Position numbers and translations under genes: made by a program. A stretch of DNA of 63,549 bases, filler included, from Intoshia linei (lineage: Eukaryota > Animalia > Orthonectida), in the NCBI GenBank assembly GCA_001642005.1. It is 5 parts of 5 records of this genome, joined end to end, with 100 filler letters (N's around TTAATTAATTAA, not from the genome) between each part and the next. Parts side by side here need not be neighbours in the genome. Positions count along the whole stretch, not along the records: positions 1 to 10,126 come from LWCA01001412.1; positions 10,227 to 32,898 come from LWCA01000587.1; 3 more parts are not named here. The stretch is one strand, 5' to 3'. Position 1 is the stretch's first letter. Every line of letters starts with the position of its first letter. The notes beneath the pieces are model-generated. The model did not search any database. It saw nothing but the letters and a program-made list of their open reading frames with translations, and was not told the origin of the DNA. Shown piece by piece: positions 1 through 11,429 of this stretch.

Positions 1-739
1 TCTTATCAACGTACATAAGTAGAAGTATTACAAATACCCAGTAAAATATGATTTTGGTGGTACTAAGGCAAATGGAAAAAGAGTATTAATAAAGTATATA
101 TGAGGAATAAATGCTCAAGAATACCAGAGAATCCTTAGAAAAGCAAACGAATAACATTTTTGGATGGATTGAACAAACAGCAAAGACAACCCGTTCCATT
201 TATAAGGGGTAATCGTATAAAAAATTAAAAGATTGACCGGTACAAAGTCCAGTTTTAAACATTATTGGAGACATGTGTAAAATTTGAAAGATATGGTTTG
301 TAAGCTACATCCAGTCAACTTAGAAGAACTATGGAGATATATACACGGCGAATGGGACCGCATAACTCTAAAAACTATTTAAGGGTTGTATGTCTCATTG
401 CCCAGAAGAATTGTATCAGTGATTAAATATAAATGATGGAATACTAAATATTAGTAATTTTATATATATTTATCTAATATTCTCATTTAATTAACATAAT
501 TAATTGTATTATTTTATAGGTGCTTAAGACTTATGTCGCTCGGAATTTTGCAATTTTAATTAAAAAGACCTATATTTCATTAATTATTAAATTTTTTTTA
601 TATTTTTTGCTTTTTTAGGGTTGATAAATATTTTTTCTTGACCATACACTAAATATGATATAAGAAAATATATTAAATCATGAACCAGGAGTTTTTAAAT
701 TAATTACAATGGAGTGCTTAAGACTTATGTCGGGCACTG
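1..739 (+). mobile_element. Tc1/mariner element, right end with decayed transposase C-terminus
   Basis: Broken frames read ...INAQEYQRIL...PVQSPVLNII...HPVNLEELWRYIHGEWDRITLKTI*GLYVSLPRRIVSVIK..NTKY*, resembling the Tc1 C-terminus including the WPxxSPDLN-like motif. The element ends CACTG (735-739) followed by TA (740-741). A 19-bp direct repeat GTGCTTAAGACTTATGTCG occurs at 520-538 and 714-732. Confidence 0.85.
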
Positions 740-1416
740 TAATATTTTCAACCAGGGGGCGAAATAATTATTACGGGACCAAACTCATATAATGTATTTA
801 AATGTGAATTCGCTTTACTACTTTATCTAAACTTTAATATACTTAAAAAATTCGCTTAACGAGATTTAAGTAAATAATTATAAAATCTATCGTCTGAGAT
901 ATTTATAAAAAAATATTTTTTTTGTTTATACTATACATTTGTATCAAAACTAAAACTAGGTTGAGTTTAACTAAAGGTTGTCATTTATATCTAAAATCAC
1001 TCAGGGACGTGGGAGCCAGCAATAGGTTTGGTCAGATAGAAATTGTAGAGCAGTGGCGGCAAATGTTTGCATCTCGTGGGCCACTTTTTTATACTAATTA
1101 TTAAAAAATTATATGGGCCCGTTTTTGAAAATTTACACATGACAGATTTCAATTTTCACTGAAGAGAAACGTTTGTAGTATATTCAACAAAATAAAATCC
1201 GGGACGATCTGAAAATTCCGTATTAAAATGATTATCATGAGCCAATACTATAATTATAATTATAGTTGAAAATGTTAAAAACAGTGTTTTAAAGTTGAAA
1301 AATAGATAATTTACATATTTACTCAAAGGCCACCATAATAATTATGTGATGCACTGGTTGTCGAGTCATATAAATTTTTTTTTAAATATAAACATTTATC
1401 AATTAATTGGTTAATC

Positions 1417-1747
1417 CAGGGGTGTCAACCTTATGATGGTAACGTGCCGAATGGTAAATTTTGATAATTTAGCGGGTCGGATGCGTTAAAAATTTAGCGT
1501 TTATCTTACCACGCGGGTATTGATTATATATTTATTTTATATTTGCTCTTTACTCATAATTCACCCATTCTATAAAAACTTTCCTATCATATTAAAGAAG
1601 TTTTACATCAAATAATAATGAACCTTGATAATTAAATAAGTACTACTACTGTTATTAAAATGACAATTGATTATAAAAAATATAAAATTTATAAATATAG
1701 ATAAATTTTTAAAAAAAATTAAGCGGACCGTAGGTAGCCCACCCTTG
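1417..1747. mobile_element. hAT-type MITE
   Basis: Termini CAGGGGTGTCAA...CCCACCCTTG, flanked by an 8-bp near-duplication GGTTAATC / GTTTAATC. Confidence 0.65.
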
Positions 1748-1958
1748 GTTTAATCGATCATTTATTGACTAAAAATTAAAAATAACAGTTGGAAATCGCA
1801 TTAGTCATCATAATAAAAACACAAGTTTTCCAACATTGTCTATTAATAGATTAAAATAGTAAGACCTCATGATTGTAGACCGGGAAATACACCTATAGCC
1901 CACTCCTGCAACCACTGTATAGCATAAATTTTGAAATTAATAAATTTTGATTTTCTAG

Positions 1959-2286
1959 GATGTATTCGAACAAAAACCAGTTCACCGAAAAGTGGTTAGT
2001 ACAAGACAAGATCCAAATATTGCGTATACCTCATTTCAGGAAAGAAAAATTTTTTGTTCGTGTAATAATTTAAATTTGTTTCAAAAACGGTTTTGATGGA
2101 TCCCTTCAAATTTAAAAAATATATTAAACCTAAGTTTCAAAGTGGACCTTTTATAATTGAAATAATTTAGGTGAAAGAGGCGATTTATACTTGAATATTA
2201 CCCCTATGAATGCTGAAGAAACGAAACGATGTGAATGCGGTCACTGGTTCAAATTGGTTGTCAAAGACTTACCTTATTATGAATGA
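1959..2286 (+). CDS. COX5B: Cytochrome c oxidase subunit 5B, last two exons (1959-2061, 2171-2286); 5' exons not identified
   Basis: Spliced: DVFEQKPVHRKVVSTRQDPNIAYTSFQERKIFCSCERGDLYLNITPMNAEETKRCECGHWFKLVVKDLPYYE*. It has the CxC...CxCG zinc motif and the KRCECGHWFKLV signature of invertebrate COX5B, with a GT-AG intron. Confidence 0.85.
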
Positions 2287-2488
2287 TTGGAAAATACATT
2301 TCTTAAAAATAACATTTAATTTATACAAACAATCAATCAGGGATTTTTATTTTATTGAATTTATCCATAAAGCTCAAAAAGTTTTCTAAAAATGGCAATA
2401 TATAAATAAATCCAAATTAGAAATACCCTTCATTTTCCCTATTCGATTGATATAATCAAAGCTTTTCTAAATAAAAAAATATTAATTT

Positions 2489-4603
2489 TCAAAAAAATGA
2501 TACGTTTTCACCATCTGAAATGGGAGTGGAAAATTGCTTCGAACTAATTCCAGATTCTTTGGTAGTTTCAAATTTAAAATTAGAATCTATAGAATATTTT
2601 TTATATTGATTCGGTGTTGATTTTCTAAAACCGTCAAAATGGGAGGGAGAAGTGTTGAATACATCATTAGTGATTTTTTTCTTATTTCGTACTTTGGAAT
2701 AGCAGTGACCAGTGAAACAGTAATAGTTTTTCATTTCATAGATTTTTTTATTATAGCTTTTGGTTGCCATATTATGTTTATTTTTAAGTTTTTCTACCAT
2801 TTCTATGCACGTAGTTTTCATCATTTCCAATTTTTTCCGAATTTCTGCTTTCATTCTAATGGTTTTGTTTTGCAAGTGTTCATTTTCTTGTTTCAAATTA
2901 TTGATAATATTGGATTGTTGATAAAAGACGCTTATTTGGTTTTCATCACTTTCAGTGGATTTAGTGTCCAATTGCAATTCGAGGTTTTTATTTATGTCAC
3001 ACAGATCCAAATAGTCCTTTTTTACTTGCAAGAGTTCTAAAGAATTAGTTTTATGTTTTTGAATAACGCGTCCATTTGCAGAATTTTCTAATAAAACCAT
3101 ATTCAACTTATAGCCAATGACTCTTATCGCTTTTGTATTAAACATATTGGTGGTAGTAAAATCTTGTTTAAATTTTAAGAGCCAAATTTTTATTTCTCCA
3201 AAAAGGGATTTTATATTTGATAAAACATTGAAAATTTCTATTGTGTATTTTTGAGAATTTGTACTGTCCTTGTTAACAAAACTCTGAAAGCACTCTTCAA
3301 ATTCTTGACGACTTTCAAATGACCCGATTTTGGTTTTAATTTCATCTAAAATTACTTTTTGGGTGTATACAATTATTTTCAAGTCATCCAAAGCACTAAC
3401 TTTTTCATTTAACGTAGTTTTAGTTTTGTTTAGTTGATTTATTAGTTTATTGCTGTACAAATGTTTCTTCCTTAATTGTTCACAAAGGTTGGAGTAGTCG
3501 TTGTTCATTTTATCTGAAAATGGCGTAGAAAAGGCAAAAGGTAGGTTTGTATTCTCTGAATTGAAAGAATCGTCAAAATCAAGAGTATTAATATCAGTAG
3601 TAGCAAATTGTTCGTGGATTTTCAATTGTCTATTTAATTCATCAACTTGTTCAATTAAGGCTTGGTTTTTTTTCACTACAATGTTGTACGATTCTTTGGT
3701 ATTTTTCAAATCATATTTAAGCATTTCCACGTTGTCGGGTATGCTGTTTTCAATCATTGTCTGATATTTATCTTGGGTTTGCTTAATCACTAAAGAAAGT
3801 CTGTCCACCGTTTCAATTCTTTCCAAGTTGCTTTGTTCTAGTCTCTTATTAAGAAGTCTAATTTTATTATATTGATCATCGTTCTTTTCCAATAATTCTT
3901 TGTTTATATGATCCAATTCTTGTTTTTTGTTTTTCCAATTATTTACATCCATTTCACATTGACCTCTCAATGCATCAATTTCAATTAAATGTTGTGTTCG
4001 TATCTTTTCTAATGTATCAGTAGACTGTAAACTATTTACATATTCATTTAAATTCACTAGCGCCTTTTCCTTGTCACAAATCTTTTTTTTTAATAGAGCT
4101 TCCGTAGATTCCAAATGACATTGTTTCAACATTAATTGTTCATTATTATGTTGAACTGTCTCGTATTTTGTCTTGTAATTATCTGAACTCTGTTTAAATT
4201 GTTTCACTTTTTGTAATAATTCATTTTTTTCATCGTTTAATAAATTAATTTGATGGTTGGACAGTCTATCGTTTTGTTCAGATTCTGATTTCAGCTTTTC
4301 TAAATGTTCCAAGGTCTCGTTCAGTTGTCTACTTCGTGATTCACAAAGCAATTTTAATGCGTCTACTTCTTTTGTTGTATATGCACCCGGTTTGGTCATT
4401 TCAATTTGATTGAAATTTAATTGTTTGTTTTCTTGGTCAGAATCTGACTCTTCTGACAAACTCGACAAGTCGTGCTCCAAAGCGTAATCAATTTCTTTAT
4501 GCATTTCTACATCATCATTAACTGCATCAATTTCATCTTGCTTATCGTAGTCTTCAATATCAATGTCTATTGATGTTTCTGTTGGATTATCAATGTTATC
4601 CAT
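2489..4603 (-). CDS. CEP152: Centrosomal coiled-coil protein, CEP152/asterless-like (~704 aa from ATG at 4603)
   Basis: Acidic N-terminus (EDYD...HDLSS) resembles the CEP152 Plk4-binding region. Coiled-coil motifs resemble CEP152: ESRSRQL..RLSNHQI..DEK, LEKIRTQH, LERIETVDRLS..IKQTQ, NQALIEQVDEL. One long uninterrupted ORF. Confidence 0.7.
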   Translation of the reverse strand: MDNIDNPTETSIDIDIEDYDKQDEIDAVNDDVEMHKEIDYALEHDLSSLSEESDSDQENKQLNFNQIEMTKPGAYTTKEVDALKLLCESRSRQLNETLEHLEKLKSESEQNDRLSNHQINLLNDEKNELLQKVKQFKQSSDNYKTKYETVQHNNEQLMLKQCHLESTEALLKKKICDKEKALVNLNEYVNSLQSTDTLEKIRTQHLIEIDALRGQCEMDVNNWKNKKQELDHINKELLEKNDDQYNKIRLLNKRLEQSNLERIETVDRLSLVIKQTQDKYQTMIENSIPDNVEMLKYDLKNTKESYNIVVKKNQALIEQVDELNRQLKIHEQFATTDINTLDFDDSFNSENTNLPFAFSTPFSDKMNNDYSNLCEQLRKKHLYSNKLINQLNKTKTTLNEKVSALDDLKIIVYTQKVILDEIKTKIGSFESRQEFEECFQSFVNKDSTNSQKYTIEIFNVLSNIKSLFGEIKIWLLKFKQDFTTTNMFNTKAIRVIGYKLNMVLLENSANGRVIQKHKTNSLELLQVKKDYLDLCDINKNLELQLDTKSTESDENQISVFYQQSNIINNLKQENEHLQNKTIRMKAEIRKKLEMMKTTCIEMVEKLKNKHNMATKSYNKKIYEMKNYYCFTGHCYSKVRNKKKITNDVFNTSPSHFDGFRKSTPNQYKKYSIDSNFKFETTKESGISSKQFSTPISDGENVSFF

Positions 4604-5397
4604 CTGTGTTGGATTTATCAAATTAAATCTATGGAATCACATAAACATTCCCGGTTAAAATTTCTTTGAATCTAACTATTTTTTGTGGTCGTCTCGGTAA
4701 TTAATTTTTTTATTCATATCTTGAATTAAGATTCTCGATGTATATTTCAATAAAGTACCAGTTATGAGAAAATGTGCCCAGTATTGCGAAACCTTAAAAT
4801 TTATTTCTGTAGTGTAGTTACTCAAATGACAATATTGTTTTCAAACGTATTAAATCATACTTTTAAGGCAGTGTTTCTCAATCTTTTTTACTACGATTAT
4901 GAGTTATTACTAGGATTATAAAATTTCAAAAAATCGCGGCACCTAAAGCATGATCAAAAATTTTTTTTCAAATGTCGCATATATAAAACAATTTGATTTT
5001 TAATTAAAAAATTAATAACACACGGAATTTAGCCGGTAAAACCAGTTTCCTCCCTCACACAACGAAGAAGCATCCAAGCCCGTGAGAGATAAATTTTTAG
5101 TTAAATATCATTATAAAGAGGTAAGTAACTTATTTCAAGAGTGTTGGACCAGTAAAAACCCACCTTCTTTACAATATTTCTCAAAGCTAATCTGAATTAT
5201 TATTACTTTTTAACATCATTTTTCAGGTTCCCATACTCACAACGTATAATACTTTTATTAAAACTTATTTGATTTAAATTTGAGAAATGATGTTGTTTCA
5301 TTGCATTCAACAGTAATTTAGAAAAACTTTAAATTCAAAAATATCGCATTTATATTTTACGGAACCTTTATTAAATTTCGCGGAACACGGGTTGAGN

Positions 5398-6070
5398 AGA
5401 ACTAGGTGGAATAGCACGTTTTATATGATAGAGCGATTTTTGAAACTAAAAAACTCCATTCCGAATGCTCTGCGAGCAGTACTTTCAACAGAAGCTATAT
5501 CTAACGATGAATAGAAAACACTTGATTTGTTATATGAAACTCTTCGTCCAGTAGAAATGATTTTGAAGGTAATTTGTCGAGAAGATGCAGATTTACTTAC
5601 AGTAGAAACCTCATTAGAATTTCTCTTAAATAAACTGAGGATTGTGAACAATCCTTTGGCTTTAAAGCTTTATCAAAGCCTTGTACATCGTTATAATATG
5701 AGAAGAAATGTTGAAACGATGACTCTTGCGTTATTTACACAATCTAAGAAAGTTTAAGGATGAGTAAAGCTCAAGAACTTTTGTTTTTCCAACAAAACAA
5801 GTTTTAAATAAGTATGATGAACAAGTATATAGCAGATTATTTCCTGGACATAACGAGCGGAGCACAACAGAGTTAAGTAAAGAAACTGAAAATGAAGGAA
5901 ATTTGCGCCAAGACACAAATATTGCCTCTATTTCCGATACCAATAATGAACTTATGCGAGAATATACTAAGGCAATTAAGAAATTGAATGAAGAGACTAA
6001 GATAGACACAAGTGAATTTGAAATCTCCAAATAATTCAAATATTTTGAAGCAACTTAGAGCCTCTAAGTA
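5398..6070 (+). pseudogene. hAT transposase fragment
   Basis: Begins TRWNSTFYMIERFLKLK (hAT/ZBED TRWNS motif), then LYETLRPVEMILKVICRED...; frameshifts and stops present. Confidence 0.8.
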
Positions 6071-6565
6071 TGCCACTATTATACTATTATTTATACTTGT
6101 ATGTTTATTATCAAACTGAACTTGAGTTATTATTCATACATATATATATATATATATTTTATTGCCTAATCAAAAATTTCATACTCGTACATTGAAAAAT
6201 ACATTCATTTAATTATGTTTCACACGTACCTCCGTCAAATTTGTATAACTATTATCCAAAATTTTCATGACTTGTGTATAAACATTATTTATATCTTTCT
6301 CAATATGTAAGTTTTTATCTAGATTTTCCATTACTTCATGTGATATCTAAACACAAATCAAAATGTATACAAAAATACAAAATAACAGTATTACATTCAA
6401 AATATCAATAAAATAACTTAATTCAACCTTAATAGGATTTGGGAATTTTCAAAAATTTAAAATGTGAAATTAATGATTATTAACTTGTTTAAAAATTTTT
6501 TATTTTTTAACCAACTTTCGCATAAATTTTCTATTGCATTCTGATAATATAATTTTAAATTTACC

Positions 6566-7378
6566 TCTCCAATTAGACCATTAAAATTTTGATCAAATAA
6601 GTCCATTATGGGAGCAAATTTTAGGGACGGTTCATATTGAATGTATGGAGCAGCAAATTGAAGAACCTGAAAAATGAATAAAATAAAAAGAAAAAAATAA
6701 CAATACTAGTAAAATTTTCTAAAAAATAACAGCTAATTATTAGCTATACTAAGTTAATCCAGTTTTCCAGTCAACTTACAAAAAAATGTCAATCCCAAAT
6801 TAACACCTTCCTGGAAAAAAGTTTTTACTATTTATTTTTTTCAATAATTATAATTGATGGTCCTAAATTTAAAAAAAGATTAGTCTGACACAGTTTATTC
6901 CATTTGATTTACATTAAACGTCTAATATATTTAATAAAGTGTATACATATATCATAGTTTCTCACTCGGGGGGTCGCCGCCGTTAGGGGGTCGCAAACTT
7001 TTATAAATTATTTGATTGTATAGTTTTATTTTTTGTGAGGTATATTCATTTGAATGAATGTAGGAAGAATTCTTATTTTGTAACTGGAAAACGTCGCATC
7101 TCTTCAGCGTTAGCTAATTTTATACAAAATACATAACAGAAAAGCCATTTATAATTAATTCTAATTACTATTAATTAATATTTAAAAATTACTTCATACT
7201 TATTATCTTGATCAGTCAAAAAATTATTTGAATTCAAATTATTAGAGAAACTAAAATTAAATTCATATCAAAAAGAAACAATTAACCTAAATTCATAGTC
7301 ATCATTAATTTTTTCTAGTTTTTGCAGTTTCATTTCCTTTTCATTTATTCTATGTAACGTATCAGTCTTTAATTTAAC
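6566..7378 (-). CDS. Orphan exons of an unidentified gene on the inserted contig
   Basis: AG/GT-bounded open segments: VKLKTDTLHRINEKEMKLQKLEKINDDYEF (~7287-7378) and VLQFAAPYIQYEPSLKFAPIMDLFDQNFNGLIGE (~6566-6667). No family recognised. Confidence 0.35.
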
Positions 7379-7482
7379 CTAAAAAATTATATTTGCAATA
7401 ATCAGTAATTAATACACAGTGTGTATTACACACAATACTCATTGTTATAAACAAGGGTAATCGTCATCTTAGGTTAGGAAAT

Positions 7483-7692
7483 AGTAACGTTGAAGATTTG
7501 TTATAATTAAGTTAACAATCTAAATTATATATGATATATTAGAGATATTAAAGGTTTACTGGAAGTTGTTTTGTTATTTCTATTAATACGTTACTCCTCC
7601 CTGTTAAGATTTTTAAAAAGATTTGTGTTGTAATCTTTTAAAAATGGGGGTGGACCATTATGCATTATATTATTACTATATTATATATTTAT
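7483..7692 (-). mobile_element. Second copy of the Gypsy 3' LTR (7483-7595) with PPT and 3' UTR
   Basis: Near-identical to 8408-8620. LTR is bounded by AGTAACGT...ACGTTACT, with polypurine tract AGGGAGG adjacent on the minus strand. The outer flank differs from the 8408 copy. Confidence 0.7.
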
Positions 7693-8407
7693 NTTTAGAA
7701 AAACTTTAAATTCAAAAATATCGCATTTATATTTTACGGAACCTTTATTAAATTTCGCGGAACACGGGTTGAGAACCACTGTTTTAAGGTTATCTTTTAA
7801 ATATATTTTATTCCTATTAGCATGATGGATTGCTTAGTATTATGACAATACAGTTATAGTTATACAGTGCCGGGTATCGATTCAATTTTGATAAAATCTG
7901 GCCTAATTTTTTCAAGTAAAAAAAATTTTTGAATATTGTAACTATTTTGTGTATTAAATTTAAAATTGCAAGGCAAGAACTTTGGATGGGTGTCTAGGGA
8001 CATATGACTTCGTATGAAGAAGTTGTTCCTAAACTTGTTTCATATTACATTTTCATTTATAGTGAATCATTATAATTAATTTTATTTTCATAACATTTGT
8101 CTATAAGCTAAATTAGAGAATTTCGTGGTGCTTTTTTTTAATATATTAGATTGAGATTATAATTTAAAATTGTCATAAACAGTAAATACCGCTAATTTCT
8201 TTTTTAATGTGATTGTACATATTCAGTATCTGCTTTCGATGAGTAAAAAGTATTTTGTATTAATAATTAACTGAATCAGCACTTTAAAAACATTTCGGGT
8301 TAATTTTACCAAATTGTAATAAATATAAAAATTATAATAACAAAGTTGTATTCAAGTTATTTTAAACTTTTTAAAAATAAGGATTTGAGATGAAAAAAAT
8401 TCGAAGG

Positions 8408-10035
8408 AGTAACGTTGATGAAGATTTATTATATTTAAGTTAACAATCTATATTATATATGATATATTAGAGATATTAAAGGTTTACTGGAAGTTGTTTT
8501 GTTATTTCTATTAATACGTTACTCCTCCCTGTTAAGATTTTTAAAAAGATTTGTGTTGTAATCTTTTAAAAATGGGGGTGGACCATTATGCATTATATTA
8601 TTACTATATTATATATTTATATATATTACTATATTATTATTATATTATTATTATTATTATACATTATTATTGCACCATTATGGTTTCATAATTCAATATA
8701 TTGAAATTTGTGATAGGTAAGGATATAGGAGATTTATAAACCATTTCATATGGCGTTTTGTTTGATTTTGATGTTTTTAATCTTCTTAAAGAAAACAATA
8801 TAAAGGGTATTTGTTGATCCCATTCCTCTTCATAGTCTATATTTATAACTATCAATTTATCGCGTAGTGTCTTATTGAGGCGTTCTACTAACCCGATACT
8901 TTGATGGTTATAGGGTTTACAAGCAGTTTTCTTAATTTGACATTTCTTACAAATTTCCTCAATTTATTTAGATTCGAATTGTGTACCATTATCTGTATGG
9001 ATTTGCTGAGGTATTCCATGAACACAGATTATATTATTTACTATTCCTTTTGCAATAGTTTCTGTATTTATATCCGTAATGGGAATGGCTTCTGGCCATG
9101 ACGAATAGTGATCTACCATTGACAATATATATTTATGTCCGATTTTTGTTGCTATTAGAGGTCCTAATTTATCACATTCCCACAATTCATTAAATTTTGT
9201 TGTTTGAATTTGTTTGAGCTCATTCTGGTGATGTATTCTCCCTGTTTTTGATACATTGCGTTACATAAAGTTTTACCCCTTTGTATATGTTAGGCCAATA
9301 CAGGTATTGTGATATACTATTTATTGTACCATTTATCCCAGGATGCACCGCTAGGTCTGAGTCATGGAAGCATTTTATTACATCTTTTATTTTAGACTTT
9401 GGAACTAATATCCGTTTTAGTCCTTTATTTTCATAAACTATTAAGTTATTATGTATTTGACATTTTTTTTCAATTCTTGACAATTTTAATCCAAGCTTTG
9501 ATATTTTCTCAATTGAAACTGATCAGTATCGTGAATTTTTGTGAAGTATACTGATTCCCATTCCTCTATTTTATCATTATTCTCAACGGAATCTACATCC
9601 CTCGATAATATATCTGCTATTATATTTGTTTTTCCTGGTATATATATTAAATCGAAATCAAATTCTTGTAATAGTTCAATATATCGTTGGACGTCAATAG
9701 AACTTGGAGATTTTGACAGATTTTAATGGGGCGTCTCTACCACGATTACGAACCTTCTGTGAGTTACATGTTTCACATTTGGTCACAAATTCCTTGATTA
9801 AGTTGACCATGTTGCGACTGTGCATTTCTTTACGCAGAATATGATACATTTTGTTCATCCCTGGATGACAGTAAAGCGGGTTCAAATGTAGTTGTTCGAT
9901 TTTTTTTCAATAATTCCTTTAGATACGATTGGCACTATATATCTTTTTCGTCGCAGATACAATTTGTTGTTTTGCACTGAAAGTCGTTTACTTAATTTGT
10001 TGAGATAATTTCCTTTTGAAATCTTCCTATCCGTC
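8408..10035 (-). mobile_element. Decayed Ty3/Gypsy LTR retrotransposon: RNase H end, integrase, PPT and 3' LTR (8408-8523)
   Basis: ELLQEFDFDLIYIPGKTNIIADILSR (RNase H end); HDSDLAVHPG...YW...VTQC (integrase H2C2); DKLGP...VDHYSSWPEA...HGIPQQIHTDNG (core); WDQQIPFILF...TPYEMVY. LTR is 116 bp with inverted ends. Confidence 0.9.
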
Positions 10036-10126
10036 NGTAAAAACCCACCTTCTTTACAATATTTCTCAAAGCTAATCTGAATTATTATTACTTTTTAACA
10101 TCATTTTTCAGGTTCCCATACTCACA

Positions 10127-10226
10127 NNNNNNNNNNNNNNNNNNNNNNNNNNNNNNNNNNNNNNNNNNNNTTAATTAATTAANNNNNNNNNNNNNNNNNN
10201 NNNNNNNNNNNNNNNNNNNNNNNNNN
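10127..10226. other. Scaffold gap with artificial TTAATTAATTAA linker (also ~32899-32998, ~56438-56537, ~59052-59151)
   Basis: An identical 12-mer sits in the middle of four equal N runs; it has stop codons in all frames on both strands. Confidence 0.95.
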
Positions 10227-10381
10227 AACTTTTTAATTTTGTTAAAAAAACGACATTACTTATGAAACGACCTAATATTTGAGACCTGAAATGCTTAGTG
10301 TGTTTTTACTTAATTGGATATAAATAATGTGTTATATATTTAAAATAGATTGTAAAATGTATAATCTAATTTGTAATTTAG

Positions 10382-11429
10382 CTGGTGCTGTGGGTAAGAG
10401 TGCTCTGACAATCCAACTTTTAAAAAACGAGTATATTTTACAACAAACGAGTAATATCAGAGTGGTCTCCAAATTAATATATTTTAAACTAGCTTATTTG
10501 TTATGTACTTGGTACAAATAGTATTTTAATAGCTCTGTCGAGGGTTATTAAAATTATTAAAATATTATAATAGTTATTGGTAGATCAAACTTGACAAATA
10601 AGTTTTTTGGCCCTTAATACCCTATTACATATATAAAATACATTATATATTGATTGATACGATATTTAGGTTTGTTGAAGAATATGACCCGACAATAGGT
10701 AAATATGAATCATTTTTAAAAGATAAAAATAAATTTTAGAAGATTCGTACCGTAAAGACGCAATAATAGACAATAAAGAATGCATATTAGACATTCTTGA
10801 TACTGCAGGCCAAGAAGAATACAGGTTATTCAAATAATAAATTGTATTAATATTGAATTTATATTTACAAATTAGTGCTATGAGAGACACATATATGCGA
10901 ACTGGTCAAGGATTTTTATGTGTATTTGCAGTTGATGATATTAAATCGTTTCAAGATATTTCTGATTTTCGAAATCAAGTAAATACAATTAAATGAGTAG
11001 GTCAGGGGTGTCAATCTATAAACCATGCAATTTAAATATCATTTCCATCGAATCAAATCTAAAAAAGTTGTCATCCCTGATTCACTACAACTTTTATAAT
11101 ATATTTAGATAGTTAGAGTTAAAGACACTGACGATGTGCCAATGATATGTACATTAAAAAAATTAAGTTTAATACAATGTACTAATATCCCATTTAGTAG
11201 TTGGCAACAAAATCGATCTAGAATCACGAAATATTGACAACGACAAAGGGGAAAAGTTGGCAGATTTATTTGGAATGAAATACATTCCTACTTCTGCAAA
11301 AACCGGTGAAAATGTTCATGAAGCTTTTTTTAATGTCGTTCGTGAAATACGCATACAAGTAACATTTTTCATCAAAAATTAAAATACATTCAAATTCTCT
11401 AGCGGTTCCCAAACTTTGAAACGCACTAA
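10382..11429 (+). CDS. RAS: Ras-family small GTPase (first exon missing, probably in the gap)
   Basis: Exons ~10382-10430, 10670-10698, 10740-10824, 10875-10978, 11110-11149, 11198-11358, 11403-11429. They give [91 protein letters not shown]. The effector loop is identical to canonical Ras. Confidence 0.92.

Larger units (their letters stand above)
4869..7781. mobile_element. hAT-type MITE (true size ~540 bp), split by an assembly insertion between n5397 and n7693
   Basis: TIRs CAGTGTTTCTCAA (4869) / TTGAGAACCACTG (ends 7781), with a perfect 8-bp TSD TTTTAAGG at 4861-4868 and 7782-7789. Sequence ~5319-5396 is repeated at ~7694-7773, next to the n joints. Confidence 0.75.

Noticed and set aside
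2639-3764. Plus-strand ORFs 2639-3040 and 3501-3764 (and similar antisense ORFs at 13969, 19393, 25032)
   Set aside because: They are shadows on the opposite strand of real coding sequence.
10171-10182. Palindromic TTAATTAATTAA recurring four times
   Set aside because: It is always centred in equal N runs, so it is an assembly linker rather than biology.
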